From the human T2T-CHM13v2.0 reference genome, Homo sapiens: 64,000 nucleotides of DNA. Made by a program: the position numbers and the translations under genes. The notes beneath the pieces were generated by a model. The model was not told the DNA's origin and did no database searches. It worked only from the letters and a program-made list of their open reading frames with translations. Below, piece after piece: positions 28,011-39,520 of the stretch. Within the stretch, counting starts at the first letter, position 1; each line of letters begins with the position of its first letter. The stretch lies in assembly GCF_009914755.1 (NCBI RefSeq), contig NC_060925.1. One strand, given 5' to 3'.

Positions 28011-29102
28011 TCTTAAAAGGATTAGTCCTTTAAGGTTGGATTTTCTTTTTGTTCTGCTTGAATGAAGAACCCCAGTATTAAAGGAAGAAAGTTATTAGTC
28101 TATAGTCACACAGGTGATAAGGTGGTAGATGCCATACTCTGACCCTCTAGCTCTGTGAGTTTGGCTGTACTCCATTGCCTCTCAAGGTGTCATCTTCCCA
28201 GAGCACAAAGAGAATAAACTCAAAAAGTACCTATACATTTGTTTAAAAAACAAGGCAAAACAAAACAAAACTATAAGCAAATATTGAAATCTAGTTACTA
28301 GTAGATTTGCTTTCCATAGATTATTAATTTTGAAACTACTTTCTGTGTATTCCAAGTTTGAACAAACAAGTATGTTGAGGATAATAGGAACCAAGTTTCT
28401 TACTATTGAGGAAAAAATTACAATTATGGAAAAAAGGGAGACAAGGTTCTATGTATGTTGTTGGATTGTAATTGGAAAGACCAGTATGAATGTGTATGCA
28501 TATATTCATATAGGATACAGACAAATATTTATATTTATATTCACATTTATACACTTACATGTATATTCATATCCAGACTTAGTCCACCAAGGTGACCTAG
28601 AAGCAATGATTTTGCAGTAGCAGTGAGCACCACCTAGTGACAGATCCTGATTTCTAAATACCATTCTCCATTAAAGGCACAAAAACAGCTCCTTGGTCAA
28701 ATGCTGATTCCAAGACTGGTACAAGGACATTACAAGATGAGCCTGCAACATTTTGTGGAGATAGAAAGCCACGTGAACAATAGAGACATGTCACGTAGGA
28801 ACCACCTTGAAAGGGTTCCCCCTGGCCAAATCCAGGATAAATTGAGCATAAAAATAATAATCATAATGGATTATAACCCACTGAATAAGATATGAATCCA
28901 TGACTCCATGCTGATATTAATGAATTAATAAATGAGAGAGAAGGGAAAGCTCTTTCTTATAATACAATGTTAACTAAAAAATAGAGAAAGAATAATGGAG
29001 TAAAAAAGTCATTTTTGGATGTAAAACTATTAGATGAGAGCTCGATGAAGAATAGGATGTTTGCATAGTCTAGGCATCTCCCAACAAATTACCTCTTACT
29101 TA

Positions 29103-29166
29103 TTAGGTTGGAGCAAAAGTATTGTGATTTTTGCCATTAAAAGTAATTACTTTTGTGCCAACCTGA
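29103..29166. mobile_element. MADE1 (Hsmar1-derived MITE), centrally deleted
   Basis: TA-ttaggttggagcaaaagt...acttttgtgccaacctga-TA: inverted termini with TA TSD. Confidence 0.85.
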
Positions 29167-29220
29167 TACAGAGAGGAAAGGAGTAACTTTACAGTAGAGA
29201 GGCCTGGGACAGCTCACCTA

Positions 29221-29426
29221 AGTGCTGTTTTGCTGAGTCTGACTTGTACCAGCCCATGAGAGCCAATTATGTGTATTTCTTCCCAACTTGGTATTCAGTG
29301 ATGTCACTTTGGTAGCTGAAAATAGAGCATGGTGGAAGTGTCTACACTGAAAATTGGTGAATACTACCAAAGAGGGATTTCCTGTCCCCTGGAGCCCTGT
29401 TGTTAAATATCGTCTGGCACACCAAT
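29221..29426. mobile_element. MER63A-like DNA transposon relic
   Basis: gagagccaatt...ttcagtgatgtcactttggtagctgaaa...gttgttaaatat...gcacacca. Confidence 0.7.
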
Positions 29427-30230
29427 GATGTTAATCAAGCTATCAAAGCTAATAGCACCAATATTGGGACAGGTGTACATTTTCTGTCTAAACTCACATC
29501 GGTACCCAGCACCTCCCTGCCCCTTCTGTCTGTATTCCTTAATGATTTTCAGCCAGTAAGCATGTTATAAATTCTCACAAGTTTTTTCATACCAATATGC
29601 TACTATCACAAAGCTCACAAAATTTTATCTTAAAAGGGAAACACCTTTTAGCCAAAAGAGTTGTATGTCTCACATTGGAACTTCAGACATCAGTAAAAAG
29701 GTGAGTAGGAACATGGAAGGTGGGATTGGTGCTTCAACCCCACAACTACCAGGTCCTTGTTCCAGACTTGAGCCTTTCATTTTTTCTGTCCCAGGGTCAT
29801 TGTTGAGCTAAATTTAACATCATTAGAAAATGTACTTTAAAAAATCTGCTTAACAAATCATTTTTGCTCTGTGACATGAACATTTTTTAAATTGCAAGAT
29901 TTAAAATAATAAACGATATGAAAAAGTTGAGTATCAAAAATATAAGCTTAATGCTTCAGTGCCGTTTCTAAAAAGTGGGATGGTAAATATCATTGTGACC
30001 ATTTTTAGAAAATGCAATCAACCAGAACTATAATTGGTAAAAAGGAATGACTATGCTTCCATGTATATGTAATCTGTGTTTGAGGCCTAGCCAGTACTTG
30101 TTCACTCCTTTAATTCTGAATTTTTATGAAGAAAACATTGACATGGCCTACATACGCCTGGATTACAGGTGATGTGAATAACTTGGAGAATAAAGGTGGA
30201 TGTTCCTATTCTAGACCATTTGCTCCTCCT

Positions 30231-30542
30231 TTAATTTATTTATTTTTATTTATTTTTTTATTTTTTGAGACAGGGTCTCACTCTGTCGCCCAGGCTGGAG
30301 TGCAGTGGTGTAGTTATGGCTCACTGTAGCCTCAACCTCCCTGGGCTCAAGTGATCCTTCTGTATCAGCTCCTTGAGTAGCTGGCACTACAGGCACACAC
30401 CACCGCATCTGGCTAATTTTTGTAGTTTTTTTTGTAGAGATGGATTGCACCAGGTTGCCCAGGCTGGTCTCGAACTCCTGGGCTCAAGTGATCTACCTGC
30501 CTTAGCTTCCCAAAGTGCTGGGATTACAGGTGTAAGCCACTG
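30231..30542 (-). mobile_element. Alu (AluJ-like), antisense
   Basis: TSD atttgctcct on both sides; slight 5' truncation. Confidence 0.9.
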
Positions 30543-30554
30543 ATTTGCTCCTTT

Positions 30555-31015
30555 TAAAGATCAGCTTTATTGGGGTAAATTTAAATATAATAAAATATCA
30601 CCAATTTCTAACTGTGCAGGTAAATATGGTTTGACAAATATATAGAATTGTGGAAAGATCATAGTCATAACATAGAAGAACATTTATATCCACCCAAAAC
30701 ATGTCCTTGTGCCCTTTTGCTCCCTGGTACCCCTCTCCTACTTCCAAATCCTGGCAACGCGGATCTACTTTCTGTCCCTTAGTGTTTACTTTTCTTGAAT
30801 GGCCTGTGAATGACATCATAATATATGTCTTTGGTGTCTGGCTTTTTAAACTACGTGTACTGCTTTTGAGGTTCAGCCAAGTGCTGTATGTGGCATTGTT
30901 CCTTGTTATTTCTACCCTTCCTAGCCATGGTTAGACTATACCACAGTTTATCCATTGAACAGTTGATGCACGTTTAAGTTGTTTCCCGTTTTGAGTGATT
31001 GTGAATAAATCTTTC
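30555..31015 (-). mobile_element. Old L1 (L1M) 3' relic
   Basis: cagctttattgggg...tggtttgacaaatata...ataccacagtttatccatt typical of antisense L1M 3' end. Confidence 0.65.
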
Positions 31016-31413
31016 AGCCCCATAACTACCAAGAAATTCTTTTTTACTCAGTGTTTTGAGTGGGAATTAAAGCAAACCAATTGGAGAGACTGGCTTGACC
31101 ATCCTTCACCAGGCTCTCACACCCAGCTGGATTTGACTCTCATTTTGTTATGCTTTGGTAAATTTTCCCCTTATACCTTTCTTACGAAGTATTTTGCCAT
31201 CTACTTTCTGTTTGGCCATTTTGAACTCCCTGCTAGGGGCAAGGAGCATGTCTTATCTATCTTTATTTGACCCAGTGCCTAGCAGAGTGCCTTTCACATA
31301 AAAGAGTTATGATAAATACTTAATGCATTGATTTACATTCTTCTCTAGTTGCTCCTTGAATGCCTACGTGCTTTTTATAATTTTTTCAATCCATTATCGT
31401 ATTACCTCTAGAG

Positions 31414-31611
31414 CAGTGTGTCTGATCTTTTGGCTTCCCTGGGCCACACTGGAAGAAGAATTGTGGGCCACACATAAAAGACATTAATATTAATGATAGC
31501 TGATGAGCTAAAAAGGAAAAAACAAAAAGGCCCGTGCATAAATCTCATAATGTTTTAAGGAAGTTTATGAATTTGTGTTGGGCCGCATTCAAAACCATCC
31601 AGGCCGCAAGC
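31414..31611 (+). mobile_element. MER30 (MER30B-like) hAT element, 3' terminus eroded
   Basis: cagtgtgtctgatcttttggcttccctgggccacactggaagaag...gatagctgatgagct...ttgggccgcattcaaa; preceded by CTCTAGAG. Confidence 0.85.
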
Positions 31612-31615
31612 AGAG

Positions 31616-31847
31616 TAAGCTGTCCAACTGGCGGCCCAGGACAGCTTTGAATGCAGCCCGATACAAACTGGTAAACTTTCTTAAAACATTATGAGATTTT
31701 TTTTGTGTGATTTTCTTTTCTTTTCTTTTCCTTTTTTTTTTCCCAGCTCATCAGCAATCATTAGTATTAGTTTTAGTGTATTTTATGTGTGGACCAAGAC
31801 GATTCTCCCAGTGTGACCCAGGGAAGCCAAAAGATTGCATACCCCTG
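31616..31847 (-). mobile_element. MER30 hAT element in opposite orientation
   Basis: taagctgtccaac...ctttgaatgcagccc...agctcatcagc...cccagggaagccaaaagattgcatacccctg; followed by CTCTAGAG. Confidence 0.85.
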
Positions 31848-32334
31848 CTCTAGAGTATTATAAAATAGGATTCCCCAAATAAAAACATTTTAATCCTACC
31901 TCTGCCTTTAAATCATTCACTATGCAACCTATAAGCAGACTTCAAATTCTTTGTGACCCTTGGGGATTTTTAAGTAGGTTTTTTTTTTTCCAACTGTAAA
32001 GTGAGAGGGTTTGATGAAACACATTTGAGGTTCCCTTTTAGTTCTAACATTCTGGGAATTTATAAAAAGCCTACCAAGTCAGAACCTGCAAGAGAGGAGA
32101 GAAGGCAACATAGGAAAGTGGAAGGGGAAAGGAGGTTGGAAAGCAAGACTATGTCATGTTTCTAGGCAATGAAACATAATGTATAGTTTCCCAAATAGAG
32201 GGAAATTTGGGGAAGGATTCGAGAAACATCAGTTGATGTGTAACTCAACATTTGTTGGTAGAAGTCTTTTAAATTGTTTTATTTTATAAAAAGGACTTCA
32301 ATTATGACAGTAGTTCTTTTCTATAGTCAATTTA

Positions 32335-32641
32335 TTTTTTATTTTTATTTATCTATTTTGAGACAGAATCTCACTCTATCACTCAGGCTGGAGTTCAGTG
32401 GCACAATCTCTGCTCGCTGCATCCTCTACCTCTCAGGTTGAAGTGATTCTGATGCCTCAGCCTCCCAAGTAGCTGGGATTACAGGCATGCACCACCACGC
32501 CCAGCTAATTTGTGTATTTTTAGTAGAGATGGGGTTTTGCCTTGTTGGCCATGCTGATCTCTAACTCCTGGCCTTAAGTGATCTGCCCACCTTGGCCTCC
32601 CAAAGTGCTGGGATTACAGATGTGAGCCACCGTGCCTGACC
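32335..32641 (-). mobile_element. Alu (AluS/J-like), antisense
   Basis: TSD tatagtcaattta (32322-34 and 32642-54). Confidence 0.9.
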
Positions 32642-32724
32642 TATAGTCAATTTAGAATATCAGTAATTAGGCAGCTTATTCTAAAGAATGATGGTGAGAT
32701 TGACAACCCCTTTACATTGGGGAA

Positions 32725-32845
32725 CTGTAAGTACCAGTTTGTGATGGGTAGTTTCAGTTGTGACTGTTATCTTGGTATAATTATTAATAGTGCCCCTTTC
32801 ACTTTCAGATGGGTATTGGTGTTGGAGAATGCATTTATGTCACCC
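32725..32845. mobile_element. MER94-like hAT-Blackjack relic
   Basis: ataattattaatagtgcccctttcact...atgtcaccc. Confidence 0.55.
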
Positions 32846-33134
32846 AATTGTTAGGGGTTGCAGAGCCCCAGATTTCTATCTCTGGCTCCTGCCCCGGCAG
32901 GGGGTCTGACTTGGGGATGGTCTGACAGGGCTTTTTGTTTTTTTAGCTGACTCCTTTAGCAGCACGGTCTCCAGCTGGCAGAGCCATTAGAACCATTCTC
33001 TTCTAAGCACCTTTTTCTAACACGTCTGAAAAGTTTTTGCCTCCTCTCGTAAGACTTAAGCAGATTCTCCAGCTACACGTTAAGATAGCAGCCTTCCTTT
33101 CCCCTATGACAAGAGTATAACAACATCCAATCAT

Positions 33135-33620
33135 GAAATATTCACCACCCACTTCCTGTGTGCCAAGCACTGAGGCTGGGCTGAGGGTATAGAGAGATAA
33201 AGATGACAAACGAAGCAGACATGTTAAACAATAACTAAAGTGTGATAAATACTATCTTTGTACGATGTACACAACATATATTGAGGTCATTGAGGGAAGA
33301 ATAGTTAATTCAGGAGAGAGGAAGGAGAGGGGAAGAATTTTGAGTTAGGCCTGAAGCGGGTAGTTGTATGTATACATCTTACAGGGGGATTGAGTGGGCA
33401 GGTGGAGGGGCTTTCCAGGAAGAGGAAGAGACATGTGCAGTGATCCATGGCCAGAAAATACATGGTGTGACTGGGGAGGCAAAAAGTAGCCTAGTCTGAC
33501 TATCCATTTGTTGTATATACTGGTTTGGAACCGAGTGCGACGCAAGACCTTGGACCACATCCCGGGGGGAGGTGTTGTTATTAGAAGTACCAGACAGGAC
33601 CTTATTTCACATTTAGCATG
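33135..33620 (-). mobile_element. L2 LINE relic
   Basis: tgtgtgccaagcactgaggctggg...purine-rich L2 body. Confidence 0.6.
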
Positions 33621-33978
33621 GACCCCCGATGATTCCATTTGAGTGAGGTGTGGGTGTATTTTCATTCCAGAATTTTATACTACAACATGACCACATGCAT
33701 TGACCAATTTTAATACAGGCTTTCCTTATGTTGCTTTATAATTAGAAGCCAGTGAATTGAAGTTCCACAGCGGTACATAGACTAGTAGTGATAGCTTTAT
33801 GGAATTGTTTATTTTTAGTTTGGCAAAGGCTAAGCAGTAAATATCTCAATTAGTAAACTAAAGCAGCATGGATGAGAAATGCCCGCAAGGAGATCAGGAG
33901 TTAGAAATAACTAAGTCAGTTAATTGAAGGAAACCCTAATATCACTTACCCATATTTAGAGTTTGAAGAACCATTCTA

Positions 33979-33981
<3 letters not shown>

Positions 33982-34015
<34 letters not shown>
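33982..34015 (+). repeat. (TG)17 microsatellite within a ~58-bp alternating purine/pyrimidine tract
   Basis: Direct read; continues as cacatgtacatgcacacacac. Confidence 0.95.
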
Positions 34016-34016
<1 letters not shown>

Positions 34017-34842
34017 ACATGTACATGCACACACACACTGTCAGTATCCACAGTGCTGCCAGCATTGAGGTCCTTTGCATTCCCCAGGTTCTAATTGTTT
34101 AGGAAGTTTCTCTCTTTGGAGCCACTGTGCTTGGTTATTGACCCAGTGGGATAGGTCAGTGTCCTATCACAGTACGATGGGTTGTTGTCTGACTACAGAA
34201 GCTTTTCATCCTGCAATTTCTTTCAATGTGACCCACGAGGGATTTTATTATGAAGTGCTGGGGGAAGTTATTCGTATTCATATTTGTATTCATATTCACA
34301 TTATATGGCCTGATGTGTGAAGATATTTAGTGAAAACATGAATGTGGCACTGCAGAATCATTTACTCGCCTCTAGATAGAGGCTCCTGCATTATATTTAA
34401 GATTCCATTTTAAGTTTAGAGTGAAAACAGAGGTGGTCTACAAAGCTTAGTTTTAAGAATTTAAAGTTTTGTTCCTAGAGTTCCAGTATCTCTGGGAAAG
34501 ATTGACCACTCAGAAGATGAAACATTCATTGATAGTGTAAAACATTAAGAATATTAGAGAAAAAAGTTTTGTGTTTTAAAGTTACAAAATACCATTATTT
34601 AGTTGTTATGATGTTTTGACACTGCACACTTTAGTCCATTTGGATTCATGGCACGTATTTAACACTGTATGGAAGGTTGTTTGGATCTTCCCCCTAAAGT
34701 GGGGGAGGGTCATTAGAAAGGTCCTTGTCTTCTTATGCTTAACAATTTACTACGTATCAGCTCTCTCTGGTCTATAGGGGACATGATGGGGGTTTGTGCA
34801 TCTGCAGATTAAATTTCTGTATGTCTCCTCTCTGTTTTGCAG

Positions 34843-34970
34843 ACAGGAAAAAGATAGCATTCAGCAGAGCTTTAGCAAGGAAGCAAAGGCCCAAGCCCTT
34901 CAGGCCCAGCAAAGAGAGCAGGAGCTGACACAGAAGATACAGCAAATGGAAGCCCAGCATGACAAAACTG
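34843..34970 (+). CDS. SDCCAG8: SDCCAG8 internal coding exon (likely exon 14), 128 nt, phase 2 to 1: (R)QEKDSIQQSFSKEAKAQALQAQQREQELTQKIQQMEAQHDKT(E)
   Basis: Pyrimidine tract tgtctcctctctgttttgcAG (AG 34841-42); donor G|GTAGGT at 34971; overlaps ORF 34796..34981; coiled-coil composition. Confidence 0.95.
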
Positions 34971-37108
34971 GTAGGTGGTAGGGAAAGATTAGAGCCTGGG
35001 CACTAGCTCACAAGTCAGGCCCACGCCTTACTGTGAAATGACATCAGGAACACCTGTAACCTTTGGCTGGCCGAAGGGAGCAGATGCTAACTACACCGGA
35101 GATTCCGAATTACATATTAGTTAGCGTTTAAAAGAGAAAATGGAAAGTATTGCCCACTGTCTGTTGATTTCAGAGTGCTGCTCTCACATCTGTTGCACCA
35201 TCTGGATTATGAGTTTATTTACCTGTGTTCAAGAAACGTAAAGCTGAGAGAGACCACAACAAAGTAGAAAAACAAAGGGCTTGTTTTTGGCTGGGTTTTC
35301 AGGCACACATGTTATATAAAGAAAATAGCATCAGAAGCTCTGCGGGAAATGCTCTGAGCTTACAGTTAGAGTCTCCTGAATAGCATTGAACAGTTCCCAC
35401 AGTACACACATTATAGCTACTCTAAAAGCCTAATGAGTTTGCTTCAGCATCCAAACTGGAGAAAAGCTTTAGCCATTAATCGGTTCTTAATTCACTGTCG
35501 CAGCTGGATGTAATTCAGTGGCTCCAAATTGATATGTTCCTTTATTTAATCTTTGCAGCTTCGAACATTTTTAGCATTTGTATGATTTCCCCACCTCCCC
35601 CAACCCAATCTAGAGTGATGTTTAATCCTTTGCATTCTTCAAGTTCTCACAACTGCTGTTAAAATTCACTAATACAAGGCACTGACCACAGCTGGCAGCT
35701 TGGCTAAAAATTGCCATCTTTCATCACATTGGCACTATTCTGCAGACTGAGTTGGCCAGTAACTCTTTACCTTTAATTTGAAAGTAAAATGCACTTTGAA
35801 AATAGACAGTTTGATTTGTTCAGTCAGAGCATTATGTAGTTTCTTTCACTTTTGAGTTGTGTGTTCACAGACAGTGTTAGTCAAAACAAGACAGTGTCAG
35901 TCATTATAATTCCACACCACATACTCCACACTGATTGTACTATTAAAACAAAAGTTTAATTGATCCTGTCTCTTCCAGAAAAATGTTGCTTAATTTTAGT
36001 GCCTTGATTTATTTTGATTTGTATGCTATATGCTTTTTGCCAATCATTGGCTAAAATTGAAAAGAAATAAAGGCCTCTTAAAACTTATGCTTAGAGGTAA
36101 TTTTCATATGATTTAATGTATTAATATATTGTATTTGATGACACAGTAAGAAATTATTTCTTATCCTATGGGTGAAAAATTGCCAACAGGCAAGTCATTA
36201 AATAATCTATTTACTTATGAAGAGGCAAATGTCATATTGACTCACATAATTCCCTCTATCACTTTCAGTAGAGATTTTCTTCCAACAGCATTTGGCCAGA
36301 AGAAACGAAAATTCACCAGGTTTAGTAGAAGTTTTTCCTCTAAAAACAAAAAGAGGCAATTGTAGGATAAATTATTGTTTTTGCCCCCACTGCTAGCATG
36401 ATCCTAGTGATCAGAGTCTTGGGCAGAATCTAAGCACTAGATTAGAATGTATTTAACTGTTAAAACCGCCTTAAGAACATTTCCTTTTGTCTTGTACACA
36501 CATACACAAAATCACACTGTTTTCAATTTCTTTGACCAGATCTCCATTGAAGCTCATGCTGTTGACAATGAAATTAAAATTCTAAAGAAAATACACATTT
36601 TTACCTTCATAATTAGAGAAGTGTATGCAAGATTGGGGGTGGTGGTGGTAGTAAACCATGTGTGCAAATATGAAACAAAGCATGAATTACAGTGTAGAAG
36701 AGAATTCCTCGATGATTTTAGTTTTGAGTTATCTGGTTGTGATAATTTTTGACACTCTGTTTATAGTAAAATTGTCAAAATAAAAATATAATATCTTGCA
36801 TATTGCAAAGATATAAGCATCTATTCTTCCACTTGAGGTATTTGACACTTTATTAACATGTTAAAATGTTACACCAAGCTGGTATGATGAAAAATGTTTC
36901 TGGTGTATAATTATGTTGAAAATAAATGACTCCCAAGATTGAGTGTCTTTCCAGATGATAAGTCCTTTGACTTAGGACATTGAAGGTGATCTAGTGGCTT
37001 ATTGGAAATGTGTAGGGGTCTAAGCACTTTACCACTCTATGTATGGAAGCACTGCAGAGCGACAACCATAAACATCTTATGTTGGTGGGGGTTTATTGTT
37101 ATTTCTAG

Positions 37109-37217
37109 AAAATGAACAGTATTTGTTGCTGACCTCCCAGAATACATTTTTGACAAAGTTAAAGGAAGAATGCTGTACATTAGCCAAGAAACTGGAACAA
37201 ATCTCTCAAAAAACCAG
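37109..37217 (+). CDS. SDCCAG8: SDCCAG8 internal coding exon (likely exon 15), 109 nt, phase 1 to 2: (E)NEQYLLLTSQNTFLTKLKEECCTLAKKLEQISQKT(R)
   Basis: Acceptor tttattgttatttctAG (37107-08); donor CAG|GTAGGT at 37218; continues the frame of the previous exon (G+AA = Glu). Not in the ORF track. Confidence 0.95.
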
Positions 37218-39264
37218 GTAGGTGATGTTATAGAATACTTTCAAGAGCACTGTTTGTGTGATTACTCTAATTTTTCCTTAAAAAACATCATTTGCACTGT
37301 TTTATAGTCTAATGTCAAAATTAGGTATCTGCTGATGTTTTCTTTGAAAATATTTTCTACATATGGACATTTTCTTAATTGTCTATACGCTTTTATGTTT
37401 TTTCATGGTTATGTGTATGTACTATTATTTGACATTTCAATGTTTAGAATTGAAAACTGTGAAATTTCAGGAAAGAAGGATCAATATGGTAATAACATAA
37501 ACATGCAGATAAATCAAGCAGTTATAAAATCTTACATAGGTATGGTTAACACATTTTAATCTATTGTTACAATTCACCATGAACACAAAAGCTGTCTTTA
37601 GGTTAAATGATAACAGATGAAATGTGTATATATAAAAATGAAAGTAGATGGTACTTTGAAATAAATAAACCAAAACTATTCTTCCCTTCTCCTAAAATTG
37701 TTATATTTTAATAGAACAGCCATCATTCATTTTATAGCATACTACTCTTTTATAAATCCATTGATTGGAATCTTAATGACTTTTTTCTATACACTTTCTA
37801 GTCAGATTATCTCAATGAATAAATTATTTCATATTCTAAACTGCAAGAAGCCCGACTCCCCATCTCAGCTCCGACAGTAACTGAATAATCTTGGACAAAT
37901 GTATTTGACCTACTTGGACTATAGTTTCTTCTTTTGTAAATGAAAGACATTGGACAGAATCACTTTAAATTGAACTATAGAAGGCAATATTCACATAACT
38001 GATAAGATGTCAAATACTACTTTATATGATAACTCAATGAAAAAATTGCCTGTGTGTCTTCTTTTCTGCATTTTTCTGAAACTCACATAGATCTATTGAG
38101 AGCAGGAAATATGGCTCAGCAAACAAACTACTGACCTAGATGTTTCATTCGGGAAGGATTTCTGGGAGTATCAGGGCATATCTGATCACTCTGAGCTCCA
38201 TCTTGGAATCCTGCATCAACAAGCTGTCTTAGCTGATAGAACCCCCATCCCTGAATCTTTTGGGGAATCAGAGGGCTCGTGCATCCAACTCTCCCTGCTC
38301 ACCAGGAAGGCAGAGGCTCCTGTAACCACCAAGAATGTACTCTGACATGCGCACCTTCCTAGCGTATACTAAGATTGTATTTTGGTAGGGGAAAACCTAG
38401 GTGCCAAAATACCAGATATTTCAAGGAAATTTGACCAAGAAAACCAAATGATTTTGTCATGAAAGAGACCCATAAAATATCAACAGTAGCTATTCTTAAC
38501 CAGAAATACTTGATTTGCACCACATAGATCCAAAAGTAATTTGTTAGAAGCAAACAAACAAGATTGTATCATTTAGGGATAAAATGATATCAATCTGGGT
38601 TTTATATAAATGTATTAGGTCTAAAATTGGTTTGTGAATGATTAGTGATCTTGCTCTCCAAGGAGACCTAATTAGGGAAATTTATTATATAAAAGAGACA
38701 AAAAGGTGCTTGGTATGTTATTTAATTCTCACCACAACTTGAGGCAGGAATTATTATCTTCCAGATAAGGAAACCAAAACTGTTTAAATAACTGGTGAGT
38801 GGGAGAGCTACGGTTCTAACATAGGTATTTCTGGTTCCAAAGTATACGTTCTTTCTTATGGTAATTACAGTATTTTACATCTATTGCTAAAGAAAATTCA
38901 AGCCACAGTAGTTATGATGAGAAAGTTTGGGAAGGAAAAATTCACCTTTAAATTTCCGTGGAGAAGTAAGCGTCCTTGGCATGTAACGGTTAACTTACTC
39001 TGTGCCCCTAGGCCCTCTTTTTCCTCCTCTAGATCTGTCATCTTAGCCTGTACTGGTCTAACTCAGAACCTCTATTGCTCCTCCTGCTTCTCATTCCTCC
39101 AGCTCCTGAACAGTACTTTGTAAATTGGATGTATTCTTTTGTATCTGACATAGATGGCATTTAATGAATAAATGATGAATGAATGAAACAAATAGGTGTG
39201 GTGCTATTCGCACCTCCTGATCTGACTTCTGATGCCAGTCTGTCCCATTGTTGATGGCTGACAG

Positions 39265-39520
39265 TGTGCAGTAAAGAACACATGGCAATTCAGAGGAACT
39301 AGGTTTGAATCTCACTCTCCCACTTGGAGCTTTGTAACCTTGGGTACATGGCCTCATTTCCCCAAACCTCAGCTTCTCCTTCTGTAAAAACATTTCTAAA
39401 GCCACACTGCAGGATTGTTATGGGAATTAGAATTGTGTATATAGATACGCATACATACACGTATCAAGTGCCTAGCACAGTGCCTGACACATAGTAATAC
39501 ACAGTAGCTGCTATTATTTT
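39265..39520 (+). mobile_element. MIR SINE, preceded by an L2 3' end near 38990-39185
   Basis: aggtttgaatctcactctccc...cctcagcttctccttctgtaaaa...gcacagtgcctgacacatagtaa. Confidence 0.7.

Larger units (their letters stand above)
28180..29480 (+). mobile_element. Old L1 3' region (L1MC/L1MD-like) hosting MADE1 and MER63
   Basis: aagcaatga...gtagcagtgagcaccacctagt...atttctaaataccattctcca...aagatgagcctg motifs typical of L1MC/MD 3' UTR; boundaries approximate. Confidence 0.6.

Noticed and set aside
34949-34951. Glu codon GAA that I recall as GAG in the reference cDNA, which would suggest a non-GRCh38 haplotype
   Set aside because: Memory only, cannot be verified here, and synonymous. Aligning to RefSeq would settle it.
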